Both the position numbers and the translations under genes were made by a program. Positions 27,901 through 36,363 of a DNA stretch of 64,000 nt are shown here, piece after piece; positions within the stretch are counted from its first letter, which is position 1, and each line of letters opens with the position of its first letter. The notes under the pieces are model-generated. The model did not search any database and was not told the DNA's origin. It saw only the letters and a program-made list of their open reading frames with translations. The DNA comes from a virus: positions 90,092 through 154,091 of the IMG/VR virus record IMGVR_UViG_3300032893_000005; one strand, 5' to 3'.

Positions 27901-30466
27901 GGATGAACTCGATGAAGGTCTCGTCCGGGTTCGAGTCTAGGAAGGCAGTGTGAGATACGCCGCTCTGCGACAAAGTTCCGGCAACAAACCCCAGACTGGA
28001 AGCAGAGCTGTTGTAGCCTGCCATGTACAGGTAGCCGAGGTTAGAGTCGTACGTGTCGGTAGAGATGCGTACGGTGTTCCCAGCGACTGCGGCAGCGAAT
28101 CCCCCAATTAGAGTAGAGGTGATGCTGTTCGCAAGCGAGCTTATGGTCTGAAGCCCCGAAGGTAGTAAGACCTGCTGCATGTCGCCAGCAGACCGCGCGA
28201 AGAACAGGTCGCTTACGCCGCCTAGGGTCTTTGACTCGGCCACGCCGCTGGTAGACCGGCGTACGTCGAAGTAGTTCGCGGCAGTGGCATCCACGCGCCA
28301 GTAGCCTACGTTGGTAGCGGAGAAGCCAGCGTTCTCGGGCACGACGACCCAGTCACCTACGTTCACGTTGACGAAGGCGTTCGCGACGCTCGAGGTGTAG
28401 CGCCAGATGTTCGTCGTGGGGTTCGATACCGTGATGGTTGATCCGCCCGTGGAGCCATGCGTCACAGCCTGAGCAGAGCCATCGACGATGAGCCATATCT
28501 TAGGATTAGGGCTGACGGACAGGTTGATCGATCCGCCGGTGATGACTGCAGAATCGAGGAAAGCCCGAGTGCTGGTAGACCCAGCCGTGAAGACGTCACC
28601 CTTAGTCGCAGGCGTTACAAGCTCGATCTGACCGGTTGAGCGGTTGAGCGCGTAGTCGCTTGCCTTGCCGTCTTCTGACACGCCGAGGGCAAACATGAGG
28701 CCAGATGCGACTAGGGTACCGCCGGTGATCGCGATGCTCGCGACGTTGCTTGCTCCCTTGTTAGAGCTTACCTGGAGAGATCCGAGTCCGCTGTCTGCGA
28801 ACGTGGCTCCTGCGATCTTAGTGTTGAGGACGGACGCCCATGCGAGGAGCGAGTTGTTGGCGTTTACGGTAGCGTAGCCGTACGGGATGAAGTCAGAGTC
28901 GTTGACGGTTGCAGTCTGACTGATGCCGTCGACTTCGACGATGAGCGTCATACCACTCGTTATGCTTGGTGACCAGGCGCTCTGAAGGTTCGAGAATACG
29001 GTGGGGACCACGCCGTCCTTTATCAGGAGCTTCTCGTTCTTGTAGAGGCGGAGGGTGTAGGTAAGCGTGGTCGGGAAGCCCAGGAACTGGTTGGCGTCTA
29101 TTCCGGAGATCGGCGCAGTAACCTGGATGTCCTCGTTCACGAAGTCTTTGGCAAAGAGCGTTATGAACGCGTCGTTCATGAACGAGCGAGCGCTGAAGAG
29201 CAGAGTGCTGTTCGCGTTGATGGAGTTGACTACCTCGAAGGTGTCAGCCGCGTTCGGAGTTGCGAAGTCGCTGTCTGCGAACTGGTGCTGACTTAGGACA
29301 CCACCGACTAAGACGCTAAGTGTCATTCCACCGGTGATGGCGAACGGAGTCTGAAGCGTCGAGATGACGATGGCCTTGGTGAGGTCCTGGTACTGGAGCT
29401 GGAGGTACTTCTCGCCGCCGTTAGCATCGTCGATGATGGACTCAAACCCCTGACCCGAGAAGATCGGCTCGTACCCTGCACCGTTGTCGATGAAGAGAGT
29501 GCCAGGCTCGTTGCGGTTGGCGGGCTGCCTGAACTTAGCGGACGTGACCGTTTGCTGGTCATCGCTCGAGGTGATGTCGATCGCGGAGTTCTCGACGGCC
29601 AAGGTCGTAGCCTTGGTCTTCGTGGCTGCCGTCTTCTTGATGAGGTCACGGTAGTCGTCGTCGGCCATCGTGTCCCGGCCAGAGGTGAATCCGATCGGGT
29701 TAGTGGCAGTGGCGTTTGGAAACGGTGCGTTACCAAATCCCACCACGGCAGCAGCGGGTACGTTGCTCGTCGATCCAGGCGTAGTGGCCACGACGGGAAC
29801 GTCAGATAACTGCTGCTCTCCGTCAAGGAGCGTGACTGATGCCAGAGTCCTGAACGTGGTAGCGGGGCTCGTGAGAGTTGCCTGTGTCTGGACGATGGAG
29901 CCGGACTGGACAACCCTGTTGCCGCCCTGCGCCAAGATGACGGTCTCGCCGAGGTTGTGGTTCTTTGCTGTGACGGTTGACAAGGTGATCTGGAAGTAGG
30001 AGCCCACCGGCGTGATCGCAGTGTAGGCGATCGGACCTTCTAAGTTGTTGGTTCCACGACCGATGTAGATCGAGCCTTGCTGCGGGAAGGCTGAGCCGTC
30101 GGCCACGTTGACGTACTGAGAGCCAGCCGGAGGTGCTGGGGTTCCCTGGTAGACCTTGGTCGCGACCTTGACGAAGCTCGCCTGAGAGATCGTGACGGTA
30201 CCGTTGGACGGCCTTGCTTGTGGTCTGGGAACTCCCTGTCCGTTGCCGTAGTTGTCGAGGTCTGAGCCCGACAGGTTGTCGATGTCGACTGAGGCCAAGG
30301 CAGTCATGATGTCGCCCTGGATCTTGAAGTCGTTCAGGACCGCAGTCTCGGCAAAGGAGCGCCCGGCGCTTCCTACGGCGAGGTCGTTCGTTCCCGACTT
30401 GGTTACCCAAGTGCGGATGAACGTGTTAAGCATGGACGTGAATGACGTTTGTGTCGGTACTGCCAT
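24929..30466 (-). CDS. baseplate J/gp6-like wedge protein with very large insertion
   Basis: GSA.R...G..LD..G....R..A N-domain; G.D...DD.YR; C-terminal YINSL..GD.V..S.I...I.GV..V. Confidence 0.85.
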   Translation of the reverse strand: MAVPTQTSFTSMLNTFIRTWVTKSGTNDLAVGSAGRSFAETAVLNDFKIQGDIMTALASVDIDNLSGSDLDNYGNGQGVPRPQARPSNGTVTISQASFVKVATKVYQGTPAPPAGSQYVNVADGSAFPQQGSIYIGRGTNNLEGPIAYTAITPVGSYFQITLSTVTAKNHNLGETVILAQGGNRVVQSGSIVQTQATLTSPATTFRTLASVTLLDGEQQLSDVPVVATTPGSTSNVPAAAVVGFGNAPFPNATATNPIGFTSGRDTMADDDYRDLIKKTAATKTKATTLAVENSAIDITSSDDQQTVTSAKFRQPANRNEPGTLFIDNGAGYEPIFSGQGFESIIDDANGGEKYLQLQYQDLTKAIVISTLQTPFAITGGMTLSVLVGGVLSQHQFADSDFATPNAADTFEVVNSINANSTLLFSARSFMNDAFITLFAKDFVNEDIQVTAPISGIDANQFLGFPTTLTYTLRLYKNEKLLIKDGVVPTVFSNLQSAWSPSITSGMTLIVEVDGISQTATVNDSDFIPYGYATVNANNSLLAWASVLNTKIAGATFADSGLGSLQVSSNKGASNVASIAITGGTLVASGLMFALGVSEDGKASDYALNRSTGQIELVTPATKGDVFTAGSTSTRAFLDSAVITGGSINLSVSPNPKIWLIVDGSAQAVTHGSTGGSTITVSNPTTNIWRYTSSVANAFVNVNVGDWVVVPENAGFSATNVGYWRVDATAANYFDVRRSTSGVAESKTLGGVSDLFFARSAGDMQQVLLPSGLQTISSLANSITSTLIGGFAAAVAGNTVRISTDTYDSNLGYLYMAGYNSSASSLGFVAGTLSQSGVSHTAFLDSNPDETFIEFIHDSIATGDATTPYTNAITNQNLATLGVNPNKVFKWLDPYNGLISSNRGLKQRLELITGTSVTLRNSPKMDDIIQNDRYYVASGYNFSYQDNLVSIFDKDTVNKTFNINMGRHGTVYASTGANSFNAYDTDLGPTSNFPASFGNNFVFNDFKVHFRARTVLDPAGANNKMLVRAATYGPSGNQVQVGFFYPNAASTPMSSAITNDLNTSVQLYLSSGALRTGGTWDATTQFDVTNPIGNTWRYTYNTIGTAPNFLSASIVVGDVVAISSASTFSANNQGSYKITAITNVYFEITKYGGTLETGRTLSSASSLQFFPLSGDTALTTATYVTANLASYISLSQLESGAGNITTSTLDDSLGSEAFIGLADGENWVDVSNIGTVSVPVNYFSLKTPLAISGSQLVGEDFYLIPTDADQLSRYVNVFAVTGLSSLAQAGVCDNAGAVQFYSELFGSSGAVEVSGGTANSISGAVQDSGSVVSTSYTKFAIPKAAMRGFVAGQWVKIQNGVQLTKDLGFSAGTEISFMGVNPSLGTAQISISNSNTGNLEQTGWFQTQRYHDSDNTTQIRLEKQGKFIAASWTGLGTAPNFSKTMTVTNKQRTSSVSTITLSAAHNVPVNSFTTIEVSSDDSSFNGKFRAMASSTTAFQYLQSGSPDVVSAAASGTVLKRLYKGDRAVFSGVFTFGNAGEFLVVNTFGSSTIYFENPSAMVGDYILTGASDIHVISYDSVRPGDTFSLGTSLLDDSSVPVETRKGEYLVTGISSDTQIAISTPTLSKNSVTTNTLGADFVNVTVIEEFPFTQYAKIANVAQSPINVNYADIVVEGIDLFNKINSSGASSISAVSKLAFNTNVAVGADSYQHYGGLINAVGQVIRGQASDPITYPGVAAAGSYIEIDSALKKRIQVSIVIRNKTGTPFAVVRNRVQTAVASYINSLGAGDPVVFSQIVSAAQSIAGVQAVSISSPTYNATNDQIISQPNEKPIVLSLSTDVIVSLAS

Positions 30467-30511
30467 CTTTACCTTAGGGTGACCAGAGAGGGTCGAGGTG
30501 AGTATCTCATG

Positions 30512-30544
30512 ATTAAGATCTGGGTTTAACTATATGATCTTACT
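30512..30544 (-). promoter_or_regulatory. late promoter element copy 3
   Basis: AGTAAGATCA-tatag-TTA-aaccc-AGATCTTAAT, 46 bp before ATG 30466. Confidence 0.75.
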
Positions 30545-30546
30545 AG

Positions 30547-33045
30547 TTAAGTCTCGAGGTCAAACGACAGGGGAAGCTCGGTGCCGGTCGAGGCCACAGG
30601 GACCACGAGCGAGATGTTGAGCGCGTCTTCGTCCTCAACTACCTGGATCGACTTAACTCCAGTATACCGCTCGTCTTTCTTGAAGGCGTCCACGATCCGG
30701 TTCCTGATGTCAGTCACCGATACGTCAGCGATCGAGTCGCCCACCTCCGGCTTAGCACCGTATTGAGGATGCAGAATGACCCCGCCGACGGCTGCCGTAA
30801 GCTTGAGCTTCGCGGCTTGAATCAGGTTCGCCTTCCCGAAGGCAAGGTTCCACGTACCGTCGGCTGTAACCGCGAGGTCGTTGTTCTGGTCCAGGAGCAG
30901 GTCGATCTTCGAGAGCTTGATCAGTGCCGGGTCTTCGTTTATGAACGGAAGCGGCTTAGTCACGGTGTTGTCGATGGTAGAAGGTGCGTCCACGGGGATG
31001 TAGAGCATCTTCTGCGAGTTCACGGTGTTGGGCAGGAAAGCCTTCATGAAGGCATGCTCGTTCACAGTGAAGTCTCCGAGCGTATCGTCTCCGTCCACGG
31101 TGATGAGCCAGTTGGTCGACGAGATCTCCTGGATGATCTTGATCTTCCTCGTCTGGATAGGCTGAGTGTCAGAACCGATCATGATGATCTGCTCGTTGAA
31201 CAGGTTCTCGGTGGTGCTCACGTTGAACTGGTTTCCGTCGCCGTTGCTCAGGAAGCTGTAGGTGAACCCATCCTCGTCTATGTAAGGAGGTGAGAGGTTG
31301 TTGACCGAGACGATCTCGATCCATCGCGTTGCGTCACCAAGGTACTGCTGAGCGATCCGCTCGAGCGATACCTTGAACGGGCAGGGGATGGCGATCTTCG
31401 ACTGCGGAGTCGTGAAGTCGATGCCTGACGCTGCGGTCGTCTCTGCGTAGAAGTTGATGAGCGCAGATACGCCGCTCTGCTGGTTAGCCGTCGATACTGG
31501 GCCAAAGGTGTTGCTGGAGAGTAAGGAATACATGCCGCTCTGACTTGACTGTAAAGCATACATTATAGGCCAGATCGGGCTGTCGTCGCCCTGCGAGATC
31601 GCAGTCGGCTCGAGCGCAGTCACCGTTGCCTGGAGCTGGTTGATCAGGTTGTTGATGTCGTTGTTGGTGATCGATAGTGCGTTGAGCTTAGCTGTCGCGA
31701 CTGCGTCCTGCTGGGACTTCGTGAGCTGGAGCGAGTCAGTTGAGATCGAGTCGGTGAAGTCGACGTTGGTCAAGACCGAGTCGGTCGTGGCCACTTCCAC
31801 GTTGAAGCTGCCCTGGGCCTGGGTGGACTGAGTTGAGGCCGAAGTGTTGGTCGCGGACTTGAACTGTCCCTGGAGGTTAGGAGGTATCTGGTCGAACAGG
31901 TCGTTTGCCTGCCTGATCACGTTCTGCTGGAACGACGACTGGATCTGAGACGGAAGGTCGGCTATGGTCGCCGGGATCGAGATCGCCTCCTTAAGCGCCA
32001 GGATGACGTTGTTCATCGGACCTATGACGTTCACGTCGATGTCAGTCTTGATGGCGGTTACCACGTCCTTGGCCTTCTGGATGAGCCCGCGAGCGTTCCT
32101 CAAGGTGTTGAGGACGGCCTGGTAGTCTCCTATGTTGTTCACCAACGACTGAGAGCCAGCAGACGGACCGTCGCTGGCCGAGTCAAACTGGATCTGATCC
32201 TTTGGAACTGCTCCCCAGGCAATCCCTTGGAACGTGTAGAGGTACTCGAGCGGAGAAGACGCCGAGCGCTTCACGTTGAACATCTGAGGAGTGACGAGGT
32301 ACGTCATCTTGTCCTTAGACATCTGGAACGCAAGGCGATACTGACCGCCGTCGGGCCGCTTCTTCATGTCAGCGTAGAGTTCGAGGAAGGACCTGATCAA
32401 GTGGTACTGGTAGTAGCCAGAAGTGATCACTTCTTCGCTCGGGAGTTGATTGCCGCCGCTTGCCGTGATGTTTGAGCCAGCGATCGCACGGAAGGATGAG
32501 GCTACGTTGTTGACCGCTGCGATGGTTCCGGCGAAGACCGTACCGATCAAGCTGTGGTCGGGAGAAGTCTGGGAGAAACTAGGTCTTCGTATGAAGACTC
32601 CGGTAGACGCAGTGAACGAGATGTTCCGAAGAGGGGCAGCGTTGTTCTCTTCCAAGATGCCGCGTGAAGTGACTGTAACGGTGGACGCGAAAGGGGTCGA
32701 CACGTTCAAGTCCTGTGGGGTAATTGGCAATACTACTTCAAGCCCCGAATACTTCACGTACTTCCCACCTTGAAGACTTAATATAATGAAGCTGTACGGA
32801 AAGACCCTGTTCCAATCCTCGGGCTGTATGTATTCTAAACGCAGACCCCTCGACATCAACTGAGTGGCAGTTGACAGCGCTCGGGTATTCTGTTGGAAGT
32901 TTTCTATCGCTATGCTTAAGTCTACTACGCTAGACTGACTGTTGGACTGAGAGAGCTGAAACGGATTAACGGCGTCCAGGCCGTTCTTCTCGATCGCGTC
33001 TACTACGCTGTCCTTGATGCCGTTTAGTGAGTCAAGTATTCCCAT
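30547..33045 (-). CDS. fused baseplate protein: tube-initiator-like N-terminus + LysM-like + gp25-like C-terminus
   Basis: LPITPQDL..S..F; SLERIAQQYLGD..RW.EI...N.L; NL.QA.KLKL....G....HP.YG...D.R. Confidence 0.65.
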   Translation of the reverse strand: MGILDSLNGIKDSVVDAIEKNGLDAVNPFQLSQSNSQSSVVDLSIAIENFQQNTRALSTATQLMSRGLRLEYIQPEDWNRVFPYSFIILSLQGGKYVKYSGLEVVLPITPQDLNVSTPFASTVTVTSRGILEENNAAPLRNISFTASTGVFIRRPSFSQTSPDHSLIGTVFAGTIAAVNNVASSFRAIAGSNITASGGNQLPSEEVITSGYYQYHLIRSFLELYADMKKRPDGGQYRLAFQMSKDKMTYLVTPQMFNVKRSASSPLEYLYTFQGIAWGAVPKDQIQFDSASDGPSAGSQSLVNNIGDYQAVLNTLRNARGLIQKAKDVVTAIKTDIDVNVIGPMNNVILALKEAISIPATIADLPSQIQSSFQQNVIRQANDLFDQIPPNLQGQFKSATNTSASTQSTQAQGSFNVEVATTDSVLTNVDFTDSISTDSLQLTKSQQDAVATAKLNALSITNNDINNLINQLQATVTALEPTAISQGDDSPIWPIMYALQSSQSGMYSLLSSNTFGPVSTANQQSGVSALINFYAETTAASGIDFTTPQSKIAIPCPFKVSLERIAQQYLGDATRWIEIVSVNNLSPPYIDEDGFTYSFLSNGDGNQFNVSTTENLFNEQIIMIGSDTQPIQTRKIKIIQEISSTNWLITVDGDDTLGDFTVNEHAFMKAFLPNTVNSQKMLYIPVDAPSTIDNTVTKPLPFINEDPALIKLSKIDLLLDQNNDLAVTADGTWNLAFGKANLIQAAKLKLTAAVGGVILHPQYGAKPEVGDSIADVSVTDIRNRIVDAFKKDERYTGVKSIQVVEDEDALNISLVVPVASTGTELPLSFDLET

Positions 33046-33053
33046 TGTTCACC

Positions 33054-34472
33054 TTATAGTGTCTTAAATACTCTGGCCTTGTCAGCGAGAGTGTATGTAG
33101 CTGGTATCGCAACTGTGACCTGAACCTGAGTCGTTCCCATGAACGCAACTATCGTAGTTGATAGTTCTGGCTGGGTCTCAGAGACGGCGGTCAGAACGTC
33201 ACCGGGATTCAGCCCAGTCTGATCAGTGACGTGTATGATGTTTGATCCGTCGTTGAACGTCAGCGCCTTCGTCAAGAAGTAGCTATCGTACTGTCCCTTG
33301 ATCGAGGTGTTATCATTCAAGAACTGCTGCACGCCTCCCTGGTTAGCGGTAGCATCGTAGTACCTGCGTAAGCTGCCAGTCGCCCTGTTGATGCGAAAGT
33401 TCAACCACTGGTACCTGATGTAGTACGGGTTCGTCATGTCGACCGCGCTGAAGGTTGAGCCTGACTGAGACAGGGCGTTGCTTCCGGTGAACGACGATGA
33501 GCCCAAGGCCGTGTTGATCTGAGTTATGCGCGTAGGCAAGTACGAGTTTCGAGTGGTGATCAAGCTCTGGATAGGAGCGAGTCCTCCCGACGTGTAACTA
33601 GGTGATGCCAGCCATGCAGCTAGCACAGTGTGGGCCGAGTTCGCGTTCGTCAGGGCTGTGGCGTTCTGCGTAGCGTAAGGCGAGCGTGTGTCGTTCTGTG
33701 TGCCCAGTGCAGTTACCTGACTAGATACTTCAGTCTGCCAGTACGTGATGTTCGCCAGGATCTGAGCCTGAAGCGTGGCCGAAGTGTTTGACACGGTACC
33801 ACTTGTGATGGCGGTCGGTGACGGTATGACGCTGCTCACTGTTATGGACACGTTGACGGTCGAAGCCGTGATCGTGTACACGCCGACGTTTGAGCCGTTC
33901 GTGATCGTGACCATCTGTCCGTTGCTTAGGCCGGTGGTAGAAGCCATCGTCAAGACGAGGCCTGTCACTACTCCAGCAGGAACCGTAGTTGTGGTAGGCA
34001 AGCTCGCTGTTCCGAAGGACCCAGCAAGGTAGTAAGTGATTAGTGTAGATAGCCCCGATATGACATTCTGCTCATGTAAGACGTCAGTACTTGACGGAAA
34101 GAACCTGCCGCGTACCTCGTTGTTCGTGAAAGATCCGTCTTGGATGAGAGGTAGGGTGAGGGCGTAAGCTGGTGCCGGAGTAGTAGGGTAGAACGGAGCG
34201 ACGTTCGGCGTCTGAGCCGCAGTCGTAAGGTCAGAAGGACTGTAAGTAGCAGCGACCTGACCATCGATGGCCCGAGCTTCGTTCTCATATGACTGAACCT
34301 GTGCGTTGTAGAAGTCATAAAATTTTTGATTGGATTGGTCAACCTGTAAAAGCATAGCTTGCTGAGTAGTGAACGCGTTGGACGAAGCTTGGTACGCCTG
34401 GTTCTCTAAAACGATGTTCAAGCTTCTTCGCGTAATTGCCAAACGATCAGCGGCGGTAAATACTATACTCAT
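33054..34472 (-). CDS. baseplate-region virion protein
   Basis: long S/T/Q-rich ORF; start ATG 34472 with GAGG RBS overlapping the endonuclease stop. Confidence 0.7.
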   Translation of the reverse strand: MSIVFTAADRLAITRRSLNIVLENQAYQASSNAFTTQQAMLLQVDQSNQKFYDFYNAQVQSYENEARAIDGQVAATYSPSDLTTAAQTPNVAPFYPTTPAPAYALTLPLIQDGSFTNNEVRGRFFPSSTDVLHEQNVISGLSTLITYYLAGSFGTASLPTTTTVPAGVVTGLVLTMASTTGLSNGQMVTITNGSNVGVYTITASTVNVSITVSSVIPSPTAITSGTVSNTSATLQAQILANITYWQTEVSSQVTALGTQNDTRSPYATQNATALTNANSAHTVLAAWLASPSYTSGGLAPIQSLITTRNSYLPTRITQINTALGSSSFTGSNALSQSGSTFSAVDMTNPYYIRYQWLNFRINRATGSLRRYYDATANQGGVQQFLNDNTSIKGQYDSYFLTKALTFNDGSNIIHVTDQTGLNPGDVLTAVSETQPELSTTIVAFMGTTQVQVTVAIPATYTLADKARVFKTL

Positions 34473-35272
34473 AGTATCCTCAGTTCTTTTAATTTGGATA
34501 GGTTCCACAACTCAGAATTGGGATGTTCGGCATGAAACCAATCCCACTTTACTTTAGAATGCGGTCGCATGTATCCTTTGATTTCAACCCATAAATCTTG
34601 ATCAGGCAAATAGAGATCTGGAATATAATGCGTGCCCAGGGAAGTCTGAAAACTTTTAGGCTGCCATTCAAAAAATATCTGTTTTTGATTCAAGAAAAGT
34701 ACCACCGCTAACTCATATGAACCAGTACAGACAAGCTCTTGTCCCGTCTTCCAATGTCTTTCAATATAAGATTTATTGCTCGACCTCATAGCTTTCTGGG
34801 CCGTTACGGGATTACATAAAGCGTGCGGGTATCCTGTTTTCTTGATAAATGTGTTTTTACGATTCTCAGAACGTCTCTTGTAATGATTGGCTTTACCGGA
34901 AAAAACATGTTTAGGAATGGCCCAGAATTCGCCATATACGTCATCAATAAAACGTGCTTTCTGTTCAGTAAATGTATAAGTACTAACATCTAGAGATATA
35001 TGCCGAGGTATGCGACTGAGTACTTCTGCCAAACCTAGAGGCTTTTGAGGCTTCAAACTTGCGATTTTATGTGCGGTGTGTCGCGATCCTTGCTCGTACA
35101 CAGAGGTTGGAGTAGTCCAAAAAATTCCATATTTTTTATCTATAAATTGAGCTTGTTTTTTATATCCACAGTAAGTTTCTTCAACGAGAACCACTTCGTC
35201 ACCGTGAACATCTCTAAGACGTTTCTTAAATAATTCAACCGTGATAGGTTTTGTAGAATGATTCTTTTTCAT
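34469..35272 (-). CDS. free-standing PD-(D/E)XK homing-type endonuclease
   Basis: GSYE...YIPDLYL...VEIKG catalytic motif; two FID..YG.FW..P repeats; strongly AT-rich compared with flanks. Confidence 0.75.
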   Translation of the reverse strand: MKKNHSTKPITVELFKKRLRDVHGDEVVLVEETYCGYKKQAQFIDKKYGIFWTTPTSVYEQGSRHTAHKIASLKPQKPLGLAEVLSRIPRHISLDVSTYTFTEQKARFIDDVYGEFWAIPKHVFSGKANHYKRRSENRKNTFIKKTGYPHALCNPVTAQKAMRSSNKSYIERHWKTGQELVCTGSYELAVVLFLNQKQIFFEWQPKSFQTSLGTHYIPDLYLPDQDLWVEIKGYMRPHSKVKWDWFHAEHPNSELWNLSKLKELRIL

Positions 35273-35274
35273 TT

Positions 35275-36363
35275 TTAAGTTCCTACCAATACACTACTAG
35301 AACCTGTCAAAATGGTTGATATAACTGGAAAACCCAAGTTCCCAACGCCCTGACACATGCTCACGCCTACAGCCGCACAGGGCGCAGTGCCAGCGCCAAT
35401 CATGTTGATGGTGCCCATTAACTGAGCCTGTCCACCTGCCTGAATCTGTACGTTACCGCCTGCCTGAACCATCACGTTGCCGCCAGCCTTTACCTGCCAG
35501 TTGGATGCGACCTTGGTATTAAGGTTGGCTCCGGCATCGTGCGTCATATCCTTAGCAGACTTCAACGTCGCTGCGGCGCCAGACTCCAAGTTCATGTCTT
35601 TGCCAGACTTAACGCTCGTCGCCTCGGTAGAGTTCGAGTTCACGTCCTTGCCAGCAGACATGGAGATTGACTTGGCTTCCTTATCTATCGTAACGCTCTC
35701 GCTGCCGTTCGTCCAGACCATGTTCTTTGCGACGCGGTCCAGCGTGATCGACTGCTTCTCGTTGTCAGAGATGCTGGCCCGACCATCCTTGTCTATCTTG
35801 ATGACGGTGCCTGCTGCAGCTTCGTTGAGCTTCTTACCTTCTTGGTCGATCGTCGAGTTGAAGGTGATGGTGTATGCACCGTCCTTGTCGATCAGTACGT
35901 TGAGGCCGTTGAACTGGTTCTCCCAGAACTGACCCCTGTCTTGCGAAGGCTTGTTCTTGAGTGACTTCTTGCCGCCGACGATCAATGCTCGACCAGAGAC
36001 TGAGGTGCCGTCTATGCAGAGTAAAGTAACTGTGGCGCCGCCAACAGGGACACCGTTTTCATCTAGCTTCTCAGCAGGCTGAAGGGTGAAGTCGTTGAAG
36101 TTGTTAACTGTTCCGAACATGTCGCTAACTTGGCAGTTTCTATACACCTGAAAGTTAGCACCAGATCTCATATCTCTTATAGCCACAAACACATCGTACT
36201 CGATGAAGTTCCCAGATAGATTGGCTGGATCTTCAGGGTAGTAGATCTTGAGAACCGTCCCCTGCTTGAAAGACACATCGAAAGAATAAATACTCTCCGC
36301 TGATGGTAAGGGGTCTTGACTTAAGTTTGAAGGTAGAACGCTACCGTCACCGAGCTTTGCCAT
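35275..36363 (-). CDS. baseplate central spike (gp5/gpV-like beta-helix)
   Basis: OB-like N-terminus; beta-helix repeats (VKAGGNVMVQAGGNVQIQAGG); follows the hub. Confidence 0.75.
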   Translation of the reverse strand: MAKLGDGSVLPSNLSQDPLPSAESIYSFDVSFKQGTVLKIYYPEDPANLSGNFIEYDVFVAIRDMRSGANFQVYRNCQVSDMFGTVNNFNDFTLQPAEKLDENGVPVGGATVTLLCIDGTSVSGRALIVGGKKSLKNKPSQDRGQFWENQFNGLNVLIDKDGAYTITFNSTIDQEGKKLNEAAAGTVIKIDKDGRASISDNEKQSITLDRVAKNMVWTNGSESVTIDKEAKSISMSAGKDVNSNSTEATSVKSGKDMNLESGAAATLKSAKDMTHDAGANLNTKVASNWQVKAGGNVMVQAGGNVQIQAGGQAQLMGTINMIGAGTAPCAAVGVSMCQGVGNLGFPVISTILTGSSSVLVGT

